A stretch of 64,000 nt of DNA from the human T2T-CHM13v2.0 reference genome, Homo sapiens, in NCBI RefSeq assembly GCF_009914755.1, contig NC_060928.1; one strand, written 5' to 3'. Below are positions 21,190-34,865 of the stretch, one piece after another (positions within the stretch are counted from its first letter, which is position 1; the number at the start of each line of letters is the position of its first letter). The position numbers and the translations under genes were made by a program. The notes under the pieces were generated by a model that saw only the letters and a program-made list of their open reading frames with translations, was not told the DNA's origin and ran no database searches.

Positions 21190-21350
21190 AATCACAGAAC
21201 TGGAGGGAACATTAAAGTCAACCAATTTGAGACTATCCTTTTACAAATGAAGAAACTAAATCCATTAGAGTTTAAATGATTTTCCAAAGTTGCAAAGTCT
21301 TTGTCTACAGAACCAGAATGGATACTCCTAAACCACTGTGCTTCTCTATG
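21190..21350 (-). mobile_element. MIR/MIR3 fragment
   Basis: 'TTTTACAAATGAAGAAACTAAA...TTAAATGATTTTCCAAAGTT'. Confidence 0.6.
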
Positions 21351-22979
21351 ATAAACTGTTTAGTTATCTTTAGTCTTGCATCACTTAGATATTTGGGGAC
21401 ACCACCAAAGCAATTTTTTTACTTATAGTGAATTATCTAATTAGCTACTGTATTCTAAAGACACACAGAAGTCACTGGTTTGTTACACATTCTATCTTCC
21501 AAAATTAATGACCAGACTTTCTAACCTATTTTAGTAAGTTATAAAAATAAAGCATTATTTTATAGTAAATACAGTATAATTACAACTTCTTTCAAAACTG
21601 GTTCTCTTCAAAATAAAATCTTAAAGCAATAAGAAGAAAATGAACTTTCCAATGTGGGCTGCAGTATTTTACAGCTAGAAAAAACTTCAGTCTTCATGCA
21701 GCAGAGAAGAAAAATGAGGACTGCAGAGGCTGCAGTCCAATCCTTTTGTGCTAATGAGCTGGGTGACCTTGACGGAGCCATGGAGCTGCACTAGGTTTGC
21801 CTTCTCTGAAATTTGTTGTCAGATTTCATTTGTATTATTACCTAATTTCCTCCATGATTAAGAACATTTCTTTTAGATTACAGATGTGATATTTTTGGCT
21901 CAACTAGATACACTTATAAAATTAGAAGGATATTATTATCTTTTTAAGCAAAAAAACAAACAAAAGATTGTATGATGAGATGTATAAAATTGGTTTACAA
22001 ATTCATGCTACCATCATTCTCAATCCCAGAGCCCAGTGGAATGTCCTCAAATAATCACCTCACATCAGTGTGGGCTTAGATGGCTTCAGAATCTTAAGAT
22101 CCACAGCCAATATATGTTGAAGAGACACATCTTTACAACTGGTATTTTTCCAAACGGGGATTAAAATTTTCACTGAGAATTGCTGCACACACCACCCAGG
22201 GTGTTACCAGATTTTCCTGAATTGCCAAATGGAAATGGTCCCAATTTAGTACTTAAGTATCATTTCAACTTTACACCAAATACTTTAAAATTTTTATTTC
22301 ACATTGCTTGCTAGCTATATTTTCATAGACTATTAGAAATAATTTATTCTACATAATGTGTCCTTTTTCCATTTGGCAAACATTTCTCTCCTTTCTTTTA
22401 TTTTCAATTGATGTGACTGATTTTTATTTTCAATTTGCATGACTTGTGTTGCTTTCAACTTAAACAGCTCATATATAACCATTGCTATTACCTGGGGTAC
22501 AATTACAAGTGTCAAAGCTGCAGCTGGCTTCCTCCTCTTCCTTTCATTTTGGGAAAAAAAATCACTGAGTAATCCAGTGGCTTCTGCCAAGACCTATGGA
22601 ACAAGAATTATGTGTTACATGCAAATTCAAGCATGCCTTACAATTTTGTAAAATGAAAACTTAGAATACTACTAGTTAGTAAGTTTATTCCACTATCTAT
22701 ATATGTAATGATGCTTTGATTAGAATATATAATGATTTAATCAGTAATCATGCATACCTACTGGTGCAAGACTTCAAAAGGAAGCCTTTTCAGTAAGCCC
22801 ATGTGGAAACTTAAGGATGTGATGTCAATTATTTTAAAACACTATGTAGTGGCAAGTTTCTATTATTAGGCATTTTAAAATATTCAACTTTTAATAAGTC
22901 ATACATGCTAGTGCTAATCTTTATAATATCTTATATATTTAGAAACTTTAAGATTTAAAAAGTTCCAAGTTATTTACAT

Positions 22980-23225
22980 GTGTTATATTGCTTGAGCCAC
23001 AAAACAACCCAAGTGAGGTACGTAGTGGTGATGTCTACACAGATGTTATATATGAGGTAATATATGACCACTGTCTAGAACACAGCATTTTCAATAAATG
23101 CTGGCCCAGAATGGGGGTTCAATAAACACTGTCTCCTGTCGTCTAAAATGCTGGCAAGTGACAGAATTGGGCCTGGAAATCAAATCTTCTGGTTCCCAAT
23201 CTAATATTTTCCATGCTGCATGACA
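22980..23225 (-). mobile_element. MIR relic (split)
   Basis: 'CCACAAAACAACCCAAGTGAGG' and 'GCTGGCAAGTGACAGAATTGGGCCTGGAAATCAAATCTTCTGG'. Confidence 0.45.
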
Positions 23226-23484
23226 CTAACTCTACAGGTAAAAGTTCAACTGAGATAATGAAGCATCAACTAGCCATAGTCTCCTACCTGCAAGGGCAAG
23301 AGAAGGTTGCAATTAGCTCTCAGAAGGACAACTCTGTCATGTCCTAGAGCTTTACATGGAAAAGGAAGAAAATTCTATTATCTTCCTTGAATTAGTTGCA
23401 CAGGCAGCTTCCAGCCTGGTATAGTAGTTAATAGCACAAAATGAACTCCCTCATAACAAACACCCAGGTAACTTGTGGCTCCTT

Positions 23485-23590
23485 TTTTTCCATTATGGAA
23501 ATTTTCAAATATCAAAAAAAGCAGAGATGTATAATATGAAGAGCCTTCGTGAACCATCACCCAGCTTCAACAATTGCCAACATTTTACCT
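23485..23590 (-). mobile_element. Old L1M 3'-terminal fragment
   Basis: 'TTATGGAAATTTTCAAATAT...CCATCACCCAGCTTCAACAATT'. Confidence 0.6.
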
Positions 23591-24664
23591 ATCCATTTTT
23601 TTTCAGACATGCAGCTTTATGATGTCTCAAGACTGTTGGCTGCATAGTTTCCATGAGGTCAAAAACAGTGCTGCCCTGGGAAGGCTGGAGAGGGAGAAAT
23701 TGCAGCTCTCACACCTCTTATTTCCTTCCCCACCTCCAAATCAGAGGATAAATTTACCACCGGTCCCAAGAAGCCAAGAACTAAAGAACACATAGAATTT
23801 GAAAGGTGACCTAATATCTCTACTAATTATGGTTTGGGTTATTGATTTGCTGATCCCAAATATGATATAACTTGAAAGTGTCTTCCTCTTAAATATGAAT
23901 AATTGGCTTGTGAATTCTGCCATTTCTGAATTCCCATACCAGTCTCCTTATACACGGTTCATGTTACTTCTAGTATTCTGCCTTAAATTACATTGATTTC
24001 TGAATGTGTCCTTACCTTCCCGTAGCTTAATGGAAATTTTATATTCCTTTTCACAACTGGAAAGTAAACTTTTACTAAATAAGTGCTTATGGAATAGTTA
24101 TTGAATTTATTATAATTGAATTCCAAAGCTTAATCTATATATTCTGAAAGTTTTAAATATTTTTCCTGAATTGAGGCAAAATATAATTGGATACAACAGA
24201 GAAAAAAGTAACTTGAGTAATCAAACAACTAAAAAACTGTAATTCCACAATTATTGACTCAGGCAAAATCAAATGTCTGCCTCAAATTCCTAATATATGA
24301 ATAAACTCAGCACTGAAAATACATGTGTTTTCTTAACCTTGCTAAACTTTATATTCTTATCATAAAATGATGCTGCATAAATGACAAATACTGAAATATA
24401 AAGTGAAAGTGGCTTTTGGCACACAATCCATGGTCATCTTATTATGGCCATGCCCAGTGCTTGGGGGATGCTTCCATCCAGCATGTGGAGTCCCTTTCAA
24501 CAACACTTTCACTGGTTCTTAAAATACTTCTGGGAAAGGAAAGGCACACTGCCTCTGGTTTTAGAAACCAGAAAAGTGAGTCATTGAGACAAAGTTCCTG
24601 CCTGGTTTATAGAGGAAATCAGTGGACACTTGAGGGTCTGAACTGTCAACTTCTGGATCATTCG

Positions 24665-24835
24665 TACAGTAAGTTAACAAATTTTATTAAATACACACTA
24701 TGTTCTAGACCCAGCCCTAGGCCTTAGGAATATAAAGATGAATAACCCATAAGGAACTTGCAATGTAGTGAAAGGAAACAAACTTGTAGAGTAAGTGCAA
24801 AGAAGTGTTAGTATAAAGGTATAAAGGTTTCTAGA
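24665..24835 (-). mobile_element. L2 3'-end relic
   Basis: 'AACAAATTTTATTAAATACACACTATGTTCTAGAC...GGAATATAAAGATGAATAA'. Confidence 0.55.
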
Positions 24836-25499
24836 AGCCATTAATGCAAAAATTGCAATTACTTTTCCGCCAACCTAATATTGTAGACATTATAATAAAA
24901 ATATGTACTGATTTTACAGGGAACCCAAAAGTAAGATTAAGCTGTTCTCCTGAGGTACAGCAGAGAAAGTGCCTCATCAATCGACTCTTGGAAAATGACT
25001 GGAATATTGGCCACAGAATCAAGGACAAGTAATCTCAACCCCAGTAGTTGTCAATGTCCCCCTTTCAGCCCTATTAGCACTGGGAAGTCAGTCCTCCCAC
25101 TTCTGCTGCTGCTTTCTATCTCCTCCATCTGCTTTCAGAATTGGAAGCTGTGGCTTGGATAAGGAGCACAATTGCAGACTGCCATCAAGGCAGTCAGCAC
25201 ACATCAGCCCAGTTTCTAAATGTCTATCTCTTTCTTGTTTCTCTGGGCCCTTCAGCTCAGAAAGGAACATCAGCCAACTTTTAAGTTCTCATTCAAAGGC
25301 AAGACTGTCGCTGACACCGCTATAGACAGAAGTCCTTGGAAGTAGATCCTGCTGCTGTCAGAGAGAGAAGTGGAGACCTTGGGGGTGATAGATCACACAG
25401 ATTGCTTGAAACCAACCATCTTACTAATATCACAAGGAGCTGAGGTTTGCCTCTCAAAGGACAGAGATCATTGAGATAGTTACCAAAATAATTACAAAA

Positions 25500-25715
25500 A
25501 ATAATAGCTACTCATTTGTTGTCCCTGCTATGTGCTAGTTGCTTTATACATGTTGTCTCTAAGCCTCACAACAGCCCTGTAAGGTATTTGATATTTCTTG
25601 AATTTTATAACTGATGTTCAGGAAAGTAAAGTCACTCACAGATCCAATCAGTGGAAGAATGAGAACTGCGTTCATCTCTTTCTGACTCTAAAACTCAATC
25701 TCTTTCCATGACACC
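25500..25715 (-). mobile_element. MIR
   Basis: 'ATAATAGCTACTCATTTG...GCTATGTGCTAG...CCTCACAACAGCCCTGTAAGGTA'. Confidence 0.65.
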
Positions 25716-25824
25716 GTTCCAGTAAAACAAACAAAGTATAATATAATGATACAGAATTTCACATAGCACACAGAAATTCATCTCATTAAATATGATATGT
25801 TTTACATGTACTTTGAACTTTTTA

Positions 25825-26030
25825 ACTCCATTCAACAATTTTAAGCAGCTACTGTGAGGGAATTTTAAGTGTTTAGGGAAACAAAACTGAATAAAACAAT
25901 TTCCACTCTCAGGAAACTAGATTAAAATCCAGTGGAAGGGAAAAGGCAAGGATACAAACAACTCAAAAATAAATCAAAATACTACTTTGATACGAAAATA
26001 AATACTACTAGAAAGGTATAAAGGTTTCTA
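25825..26030 (-). mobile_element. L2 3'-end relic
   Basis: 'CATTCAACAATTTTAAGCAGCTACTGTG...GGGAAACAAAACTGAATAAAACA'. Confidence 0.5.
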
Positions 26031-26064
26031 GATGTTCAAATGCAGAAATTTCACAGATCAGAGT

Positions 26065-26320
26065 ATGATAATAATGTGTATCAAGTACTTACTATATTCC
26101 AGCTGCTGATTTAAGTACATTGTATTTTGTAGCTCATTTAATTCTACCTGGTCTGAATTACTATTCTCATAATCTTCATTTCAAAGATGAGGAAAATAAG
26201 GCCTGGAGAACTAAAATATCTGCTCCAAGGATACTCATCAGCTAAGAAGCTAAGTTGGAATATGAATCTATGGTAGTATGCTCTCAAAGCCTATGTGCTT
26301 ACCTGCCCTGCCATGCTGCC
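26065..26320 (-). mobile_element. MIR
   Basis: 'CATTTCAAAGATGAGGAAAATAAGGCCTGGAGAACTAAA'. Confidence 0.65.
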
Positions 26321-26814
26321 CTGATTGGAAGAACCTCCCAGAGTTGGGATGTCTATTCAAAACCTGTGTCAAAGAAGGGATGAATTTCTGCCTTTCTGAG
26401 AGGTGGCAAAGACAGGAATTCTTTGCTATGGTTTCATTTCTTTATCACAATAAGACTATATCAAAATTGGAATGTAGGTCTATTTTCTTGCTTTGCAGAG
26501 AAAAAAACTCTGGCACTGGAAGATTGAGTGGCTCACTAAAGATCATTCAGTTAGTTAATGTCACACAAAGAAATCAGTCTAAGCCTCCCAATTTCATCCT
26601 AACTATCCTTTGTATCTGATAGCTCCCTATGTCTCCAGCAGTCCCTGCCCAGTCAACAACTCATTAAACACCACTTGCCCTGAAATGATTAAGGATTTTC
26701 TATTTCAAAATACACTTAATTATAAACTAGAAATTTTCCTCTTAACCAATCCATAATGTAAGTGAGAGAAAAACCAGTGCTTTGCATCCTTAAAACATAA
26801 TTCTTTCACTAGCA

Positions 26815-27190
26815 TCAAGACTGTTATCCTGTCCCTTTTCAGTCTTTTCTTCACCAGATTAAATGATTGCAATTATTTTATGCTTTTCTCCCCAACTCTA
26901 GTTCTGGAGAGCTTAATTCTTTTGACTGCTTTCTTCTGAAGTCTTCCCAAGGCCCCCATATCGGACTAAAATTATAGGCCCCTAAAGAAAATTATAATAA
27001 AGGTCTGACTAATGTTGATTCTAGGATTAACAAGCTTTTTTTCAAACTATTTTCTTGTTGAAAAAATTTGGTAACTTGCCTTAATATAAATATATATATA
27101 TATAAATGTATATATTGTTGATTCATGTTTAGTATCTCATCAGTTACAAGCCTTTTTCTTCCATTTTTAAGCCCAGCCTATGTTTGCTAA
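26815..27190 (-). mobile_element. L3/CR1 LINE relic
   Basis: 'CAGTCTTTTCTTCACCAGATTAAA...GGTCTGACTAATG' resembles antisense CR1 ORF2 3' region. Confidence 0.5.
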
Positions 27191-27207
27191 TCGGCTAATT
27201 ATATGTA

Positions 27208-27503
<296 letters not shown>

Positions 27504-27819
27504 TAACAAAAATTGTCCAGGGACCCAGTGGCCCATGCTGTCAGTGAATTTAGCACATGGGCATAGCATATACTCAGCCATCAATCAAATGACTGATGAG
27601 CTATTAAATGTATCTGCCTATCAATCACATTGACATAACTACTCACATAAGTCTAACACATTGTGCATGTTTACAGATGTATGGGCTTCTGTCAAATGCA
27701 CAAATAGTGTTGAGAAAATAAAAAACACTAATAGTTTTAACAAGTAGTGGTTAAGGAAGTAAATGTCATCAAGACTGGATTGAAAATACCTTTGTTAATA
27801 AATATGAACACATCTGAAA

Positions 27820-29290
27820 AGCTCTGCAAAGCTTCGTATTAAGTATGATGGATAAATTCATGCTCACTCGTGAAACTCCACTAAAATGATAGTAAAGTAT
27901 TACAACAAAAATACAAAAATGCGCAAGGACCAAAAGAATGGAAGAGGAATCTATAGCAAAAGCCAGAAAAAGATAAACAAGTGGTGAATGCCTTAATAGA
28001 CCCAAGAAAGTAGATAGATCCAAGAAGGAAACCATGGCCCCCAGAGGGCTCAGGACTTTGTGGCATCCAGATACCTCTGGATGAGAAGGTAGAGGTATAA
28101 CTAAAAGCAGAAATATTTGCTGAAAATATAAGAAACAATTAAATCACCAGATACTCTTCACAACTCTCTTCCACATAAGACTGAGGGGTTTTCCTCTGGA
28201 AAGTTTTATCTGGCTGAGGCACACCAGGCAGGGGGCATGCTAGTTGTTGGCAGTGAGAATTACACTATCCAGATAAGAGTCCAGTTTCTCTGAGGAAATT
28301 GCCTGCCCATAAGAAAAAGCCTAAAAATACTTACATTGGAGGTTCTCCATTAAAATGTTCCAGCTAGGTCACCTGACAATGGAACCCAGATCAACAAGCC
28401 CTATCCACTTACAAAAAGCTTTCAGTCAGCACTTCAATACTTCACACAACAGCCAACAGACTTGACCAAGAGCCAAAATTCATGAGACATTTGAGGAAGG
28501 TCTCTAATGTGAAAGACAGAAGCCAAACAAACAGGAATAAGTGATAGAGGAAATACAGACGCTGAACTAATCAAATATCATTAATATCCTCAGAGAGCTA
28601 AAAGAAGAATTGACATTCATAAAATATCATGATGATTCTTTTAATTCAGAAAATAGAAATGAATCCTTCGAAATCAAGAATATGATAACAAATGAAAAAC
28701 TCAGGAGTTGAAGAGTAAGTCAGAGGAAAGTTTTCAGAAAGTAAATCAAAAAGACAAAAGAAAATACAAAATAAAAATAAGAATCAATGACAAGTAGAAA
28801 AGATTCAATATTCAAATAAGAGACAAGGAGAAGAATAAAAACAACAGGCCAGGTGTGGTGGCTCATGCCTGTAATCCCAGCAATTTGGGAGGCTGAGGCG
28901 GGCGGATCACCTGAGGTTGGCAGTTTGAGACCAGCCTGACCAATGTGGAGAAACCCTGTCTCTACTAAAAATACAAAATTAGCCAGGTGTGGTGGCACAT
29001 GCCTGTAATCCCAGCTACTCGGGAGGCTGAGGCAGGAGAATCACTTGAACCCAGGAGGCGGAGGTTGCAGTGAGCACTCCATCCTGGGCAATAAGAGCCG
29101 AACTCTGTCTCAAAAAAATAAAAAGAAGAAAAATTTTAATGAAATAATTCAAGAAAATTTCCCAGAAAGATGCTAAACTGAACCTAATAAGTTCTTAGTA
29201 TAATGGATGAAAAGAAACCCATATCATTCCATATTTTTATTAAAGTATCAGCCAGGAGACACTTAGAATTCTAACAAGTCAAAACCACCC
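27820..29290 (+). mobile_element. Degraded L1M 5' UTR/ORF1 relic, interrupted by an Alu
   Basis: 'GAAATAATTCAAGAAAATTTCCCAGAA' and other ORF1-like remnants. Confidence 0.5.
28847..29128 (+). mobile_element. AluSp-like with a ~17-bp deletion in the right arm
   Basis: CCTGACCAATGTGGAGAAACCC and GCAATAAGAGC diagnostics. The GTGAG|CACTCC junction marks the deletion. Confidence 0.88.
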
Positions 29291-29894
29291 AAAATACTTA
29301 GATAACTCTTTTTAAATTAATAAATTAAATTATTAACTATATTAAATGAATTTCTATTTCAATACTTTAAAAAAATTCACATACTTATTTAAAGCTTAAA
29401 ATCACAAAGTTATCAGGTTCTCTTAAACACAGCAAACACTTTAACTGACAAATACAGATTATCCTGAACTTAATGCAAAAGTACTAATGTTATAGGCTTG
29501 ACTTATTTCATCATGTGTATTCTTAATCCAAAGTTATTGTAAAGTCAAATCACCTAATCAATTTAGGGAGAGAGTATACATTTCTGACACAGGCTGAAAG
29601 ATTATAGACTTTGATATTCTATGAAACAGAGAAATAATGATTCCAGGATGACTATACACAAGATCATCTATGTTCCTAATTTCTTCCAGTGTTGATTGGA
29701 TTCAATGAACCTCATTATTCTCTAATTGGATTCTGGATTATTTCATTGCTTTGTCCAAGTTTGATATCTCATCAAATCAGATTCTACATTCATTACCAGT
29801 TTGTACATTCATCTAGATATTATTATCATACTATAAGAAACACTCTGTAGTCATTCTTATGGGAGAAAAAAAGCATAGTACCAATTCATTTTAG

Positions 29895-30030
29895 TTTATG
29901 AACAAGATTCAGGTCCTGGCTCTGTCAGTTTCTAGCTCTATGACATGGGCAATTTACTCAATCTCTCTGAATCTCAGTTTGCTCTCCAATAAAATGGGAA
30001 AGAAATGACATAACTAAATGCACTTCACAG
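29895..30030 (+). mobile_element. MIR
   Basis: 'CCTGGCTCTGTCAG...ATGACATGGGCAATTTACTCAATCTCTCTGAATCTCAGTTT...AAAATGGGAA'. Confidence 0.75.
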
Positions 30031-30811
30031 AATTTGATTACCATTTCAGAAGCTATTTTTTAAAAGGTAGAAACAGTTCGTATCCCACAAGAAAAGCAGA
30101 AAGAAAACAAAAGTATAAGTTTTCTTCTCATGAGTCTTTATTTATGGAAAGGACACATGGAAAAAAAGTCATTATATTATGAGCAAAATAAGATAGAAAC
30201 TGTAAAATATGACAATGATTTTTAAAACACATTCCAGAATATCTAAACCCAAATTCTTATCATAGTCTTTTAAGTATCTTTGTAATATTATTATTTTCAT
30301 TACATTTTGGCTCACCCATTTCAGAATCCGTAATACAGTCTTGTCACGATCCACAGTGCCAAGGGTAAACATGATTTTAAAAATAGTCATGTCATATAAA
30401 TACAAAGTTATTGATTATTAGCTGTCCATTAATTGGAGACTGATTTAAACACTGGGATGATAAGCTGTGAAAAAAAAAGGACATGGAAACTATATATTGA
30501 CATGAAATTATTTCCATGAGTTTTCTTATTAAAAGAAAGTTGATAAATTGTGCATGAACATATCATTAGTGTTGAAAAATACAAGAGAGGTAAACGCACA
30601 TATGTAATTGCTTGTATTTACTTAAAATATTCCTGAGAGGTTACCCAAGAAAGAAAAATTTTGGTTGCTCCTGGGTCAGAGGATCATGTGAATGTACTAC
30701 CATTACAAAAAATTAAACAAATGAAAATTTTTACAAGTGAAGTGTGAAGGGTGAAATGAAAAATCAAACTAGATAAAATGTATAAATGAGACTGTAAATA
30801 AGTGGGAGTGA

Positions 30812-31172
<361 letters not shown>

Positions 31173-31249
31173 TAAAATTCTTATGCAGAGAAGATTGGAC
31201 TTCTTTCTTTGATAAACAACACATATTTTTAAGTGCACATTCTATGATT

Positions 31250-32356
31250 TTTAACGTATTATTATACTTTAAGGTCTGGGATACATATGCAGAACGTGCA
31301 GGTTTGTTACGAATGTATACACGTGCCATGGTAGTTTGCTGCACCCATCAACCCATCATCTACATTAGGAATTTCTCCTACTGCTATCCCTCCCCTAGAC
31401 CCTACCCCCCAACAGGACCGGGTGTGTGATGCTCCCCTCCTTGTGTCCATGTGTTCTCAATGTTCAACTCCCACTTATGAATGAGAACATGTGGTGTTCG
31501 GTTTTCTGTTCCTGTGTTAGTTCGCTAAGAATTGTGGTTTCCACCTTCATCCATGTCTCTGGATGAAGAATTCATCATTTTTATGGCTGCATAGTATTCC
31601 ATGGTATATATGTGCCACATTTTCTTAATCCAGTCTATCATTGATAGGCATTTGGGTTGGTTCCAAGTCCTTCCTTTTGTGACTATTGCTGCAATAAACA
31701 TACATGTGCATGTGTCTTTATAGTAGAATGATTTATAATCCTCTGGGTATATACCCAGTAATGGAATTGCTGGATCAAATGGTATTTCTGGTTCTAGATC
31801 CTTGAGGAATCACCACACTGTCTTCCACAATGCTTGAACTAATTTATACTCCCACCAACAGCGTAAAAGCATTCCTATTTCTCCACATCCTCTCCAGCAT
31901 CTGTTGTCTCCTGATTTTTTAATGATTGCCATTCTAACTGGTGTGAGATGGTATGTCATTGTGGTTTTGATTTGCATTTCTCTAATGACCAGTGATGATG
32001 AGCTTTTCTGCATGTTTATTGGCCACATAAATGTCTTCTTTTGAGAAGTGTCTGTTCATATCCTTTGCCCACTTCTTGATGGGATTGTTTTTTTCTTGTA
32101 AGTTCGTTTAAGTTCTGTGTAGATTCTGGATATTAGCCCTTTGTCAGATGGATAGATTGCAAAAATTTTCTCCCATTCTGTAGCTTGCGTATTCACTCTG
32201 ATGGTAGTTTCTTTTGCTGTGCAGAAGCTCTTTAGTTTAATTAGATCCCATTTCTCAATTTTGGCTTTTGTTGCCATTGCTTTTGATGTTTTAGTCATGA
32301 AGTCTGCTTGTTCCGAATGGTATTGCCTAGGTTTTTTTTCTAGGGTTTTTATGGTG
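31250..32356 (-). mobile_element. L1PA7-like element 'A', non-inverted 3' segment (ORF2 C-terminus and 3' UTR)
   Basis: Antisense ORF2 C-terminal ORFs ([23 protein letters not shown]) and L1PA7-type 3' UTR. Confidence 0.9.
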
Positions 32357-33046
32357 TAAGAAACTCATTCAAAACCAGACGACTACATGGAAACTGAACA
32401 ATCTGCTCCTTAATGACTACTGGGTACATAACAAAATTAAGGCTGAAATAAATAAGTTATTTGAAACCAGTGAAAACAAAGACACAACGTACCAAAATCT
32501 CTGGGACACAGCTAAAGCAATGTGTAGAGGGAAATTTATAGCACTACATGCCCACAAAAGAAAGCAGGAAAGATCTAAAACAGACACTCTAGCATCACAA
32601 TTAAAAGAACTAGAGAAGCAAGTGCAAACAAATTCAAAAGCTAGCAGAACACAAGAAATAACTAAGTTCAGAGCAGAACTGAGGGAGATAGAGACACAAA
32701 AAACCCTTCAAACTATCAATGAATCCAGGAGCTGGTTTTGAAAAAAATAACAAAATAGATAGCCCACTAGCCAGACTAATAAAGAAGAAAAGAAAGAAGA
32801 ATCAAATAGACACAATAAAAAATGATACAGGGGATATCACCACTCATCCCACAGAAATACAAACTACCATCAGAGAATACTATAAACCCCTCTATGCAAA
32901 TAAACTAGAAAACCTAGAAGAAATGGACAAATTCCTGGACACATACACCCTCCAAAGGCTAAACCAGGAAGGAGCTGAATCCCTGAATAGACCAATAACA
33001 AGTTCTGAAATTGAGGCAGTAATTAATAGCCTATGAACCAAAAAAG

Positions 33047-33086
<40 letters not shown>

Positions 33087-34541
33087 CAGGACCAGATGGA
33101 TTCACAGCCAAAGTCTACCAGAGGTACAAAGAGGAGCTGATACCATTCCTTCTGAAATTATTTCAAACAACAGAAAAAGAAGGACTCTTCCCTAACTCAT
33201 TTTATGAGGCCAGCGTCATCCTGATATCAAAATCTGGCAGAGACACAACAAAAAAAGAAAATTTCAAGCCAATATCCCTGATAAACATCGATGTGAAAAT
33301 CCTCAATAAAATACTGTCTAACTGAATCCAGCAGCACATCAAAAACCTTATCCATCACAATCAAGTTGGCTTCATCTCTAGGATGCACGGCTGCTTCAGC
33401 ATACACAAATCAATAAACGTAACTGACCACATAAACAGAACCAATGACAAAAACTCCATGATTATCTCAATAGATGCAGAAAAGGCCCTCAATAAAATTC
33501 AACATCCCTTCATGCTAAAAACTCAATAAACTAGGTATTGATGGAACAGATCTCAAAATAATAAGCTATTTATAACAAACCCACAGCCAATATCATACTG
33601 AATAGACAAACTCTGGAAGCATTCCCTTTGAAAACTGGCACAAGACAAGGATGCCCTCTCTCACCACTCCTATTCAACATAGTATTGGAAGTTCTGGCCA
33701 GGGCAATCAGGCAAGAGAATGAAATGAAGCGTATTCAAATAGGAAGAGCGCAAGTCAAACTGTCTCTGTTTGCAGATGACATGATTGTGTATTTAGAAAA
33801 CCCCATCATCTCAGCCCCAAATCTCCTTAAGCTGATAAGCAACTTCAGCAAATCTCAAGATACGAAATCAATGTGCAAAAATCACAAGCATTCATATACA
33901 CCAATAACAGACAAACAGAGAGCCAAATCATGAGTGAACTCCCATTCACAATTGCTACAAAGAGAATAAAATACCTAGGAATACAAACCACTGGTCAAGG
34001 GAATAAGAGAGGACACAAACAAATGGAAAAATATTCCATGCTCATGGATAGGAAGAATCAATATCATGAAAGTGGCCATACTACCTAAAGTAATTTATAG
34101 ATTCAATACTATCCCCATCAAGCTACCATTGAGTTTCTTCACAGAATTAGAAAAATCTACTTTAAATTTCACACGGAACCAAAAAAGACTCCGTATAGCA
34201 AAGACAATCCTAAGCAAAAAGAAGAAAGCTGGAGGCATCATGCTATCTGACTTCAAACTATTCTACAAGGCTACAGTAACCAAAATGCATGGTACTGGTA
34301 CCAAAACAGATATATAGACCAATGGAACAGAACAGAGGCCTCAGACGTAATGTCACACATCTGCAACCATCTGATCTTTGACAAACTTGACAAAATCAAG
34401 CAATGAGGAAAGGATTTCGTGTTTAATAAATAGTGTTGGGAAAACTGGCTAGCCATATGCAAAACACTGAAACTGGACCCCTTCCTTACACTTTATACAA
34501 AAATTAACTCAAGATAGATTAAAGACTTAAACATAAAATCT
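32357..34541 (+). mobile_element. L1PA7-like element 'A', inverted 5' segment (ORF2 Z/RT region)
   Basis: Ends at AGACTTAAACATAAAATCT, which in L1 coordinates directly precedes ACCATAAAAACCCTAG where the minus segment starts. Possible TSD TCT(AT/CG)GATTTT. Confidence 0.9.
33040..33083. repeat. Expanded internal poly(A) tract (about 37 pure A after AAAAAAG) in L1 ORF2
   Basis: Read directly. The homologous site in other copies in the window has only about 7-8 A. Confidence 0.95.
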
Positions 34542-34843
34542 CGGATTTTGTAATGCAATATTCTCATTACCTTAGTCATATTTTACATGTACTAATGTAT
34601 AAGAATATATCTAATAAAAAAGCATTTTACTTTCTCGTAATATTGTGAATTTCATTACAAATGCATAGAAACATATATTCTCAAAGTAGAAAGTATAGTA
34701 TTCTTAATATCAGAATTAATTTGCTTTTAAAATTCACTCTGCCTTATTATGAATATTGAAAAAAATTTTGGTAAATAAATTAGAATTCCTTCAAAATTAT
34801 TGCTGCACTTAACATTATAGAACACCTTTATCACCTTAGTGTT

Positions 34844-34865
34844 GTGTGTGTGTGTGTGTGTGTGT
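34844..34865. repeat. (TG)11 microsatellite
   Basis: Read directly from the sequence. Confidence 0.95.

Noticed and set aside
24920-25028. Plus-strand acceptor and donor pair (TTTTACAG|G...AAA|GTAAGA)
   Set aside because: Short pyrimidine tract, would give an 11-nt exon, and has no other support.
30172-30405. Minus-strand ORF with a donor-like TGG|GTGAGC at about 30315
   Set aside because: No convincing acceptor and no recognisable peptide.
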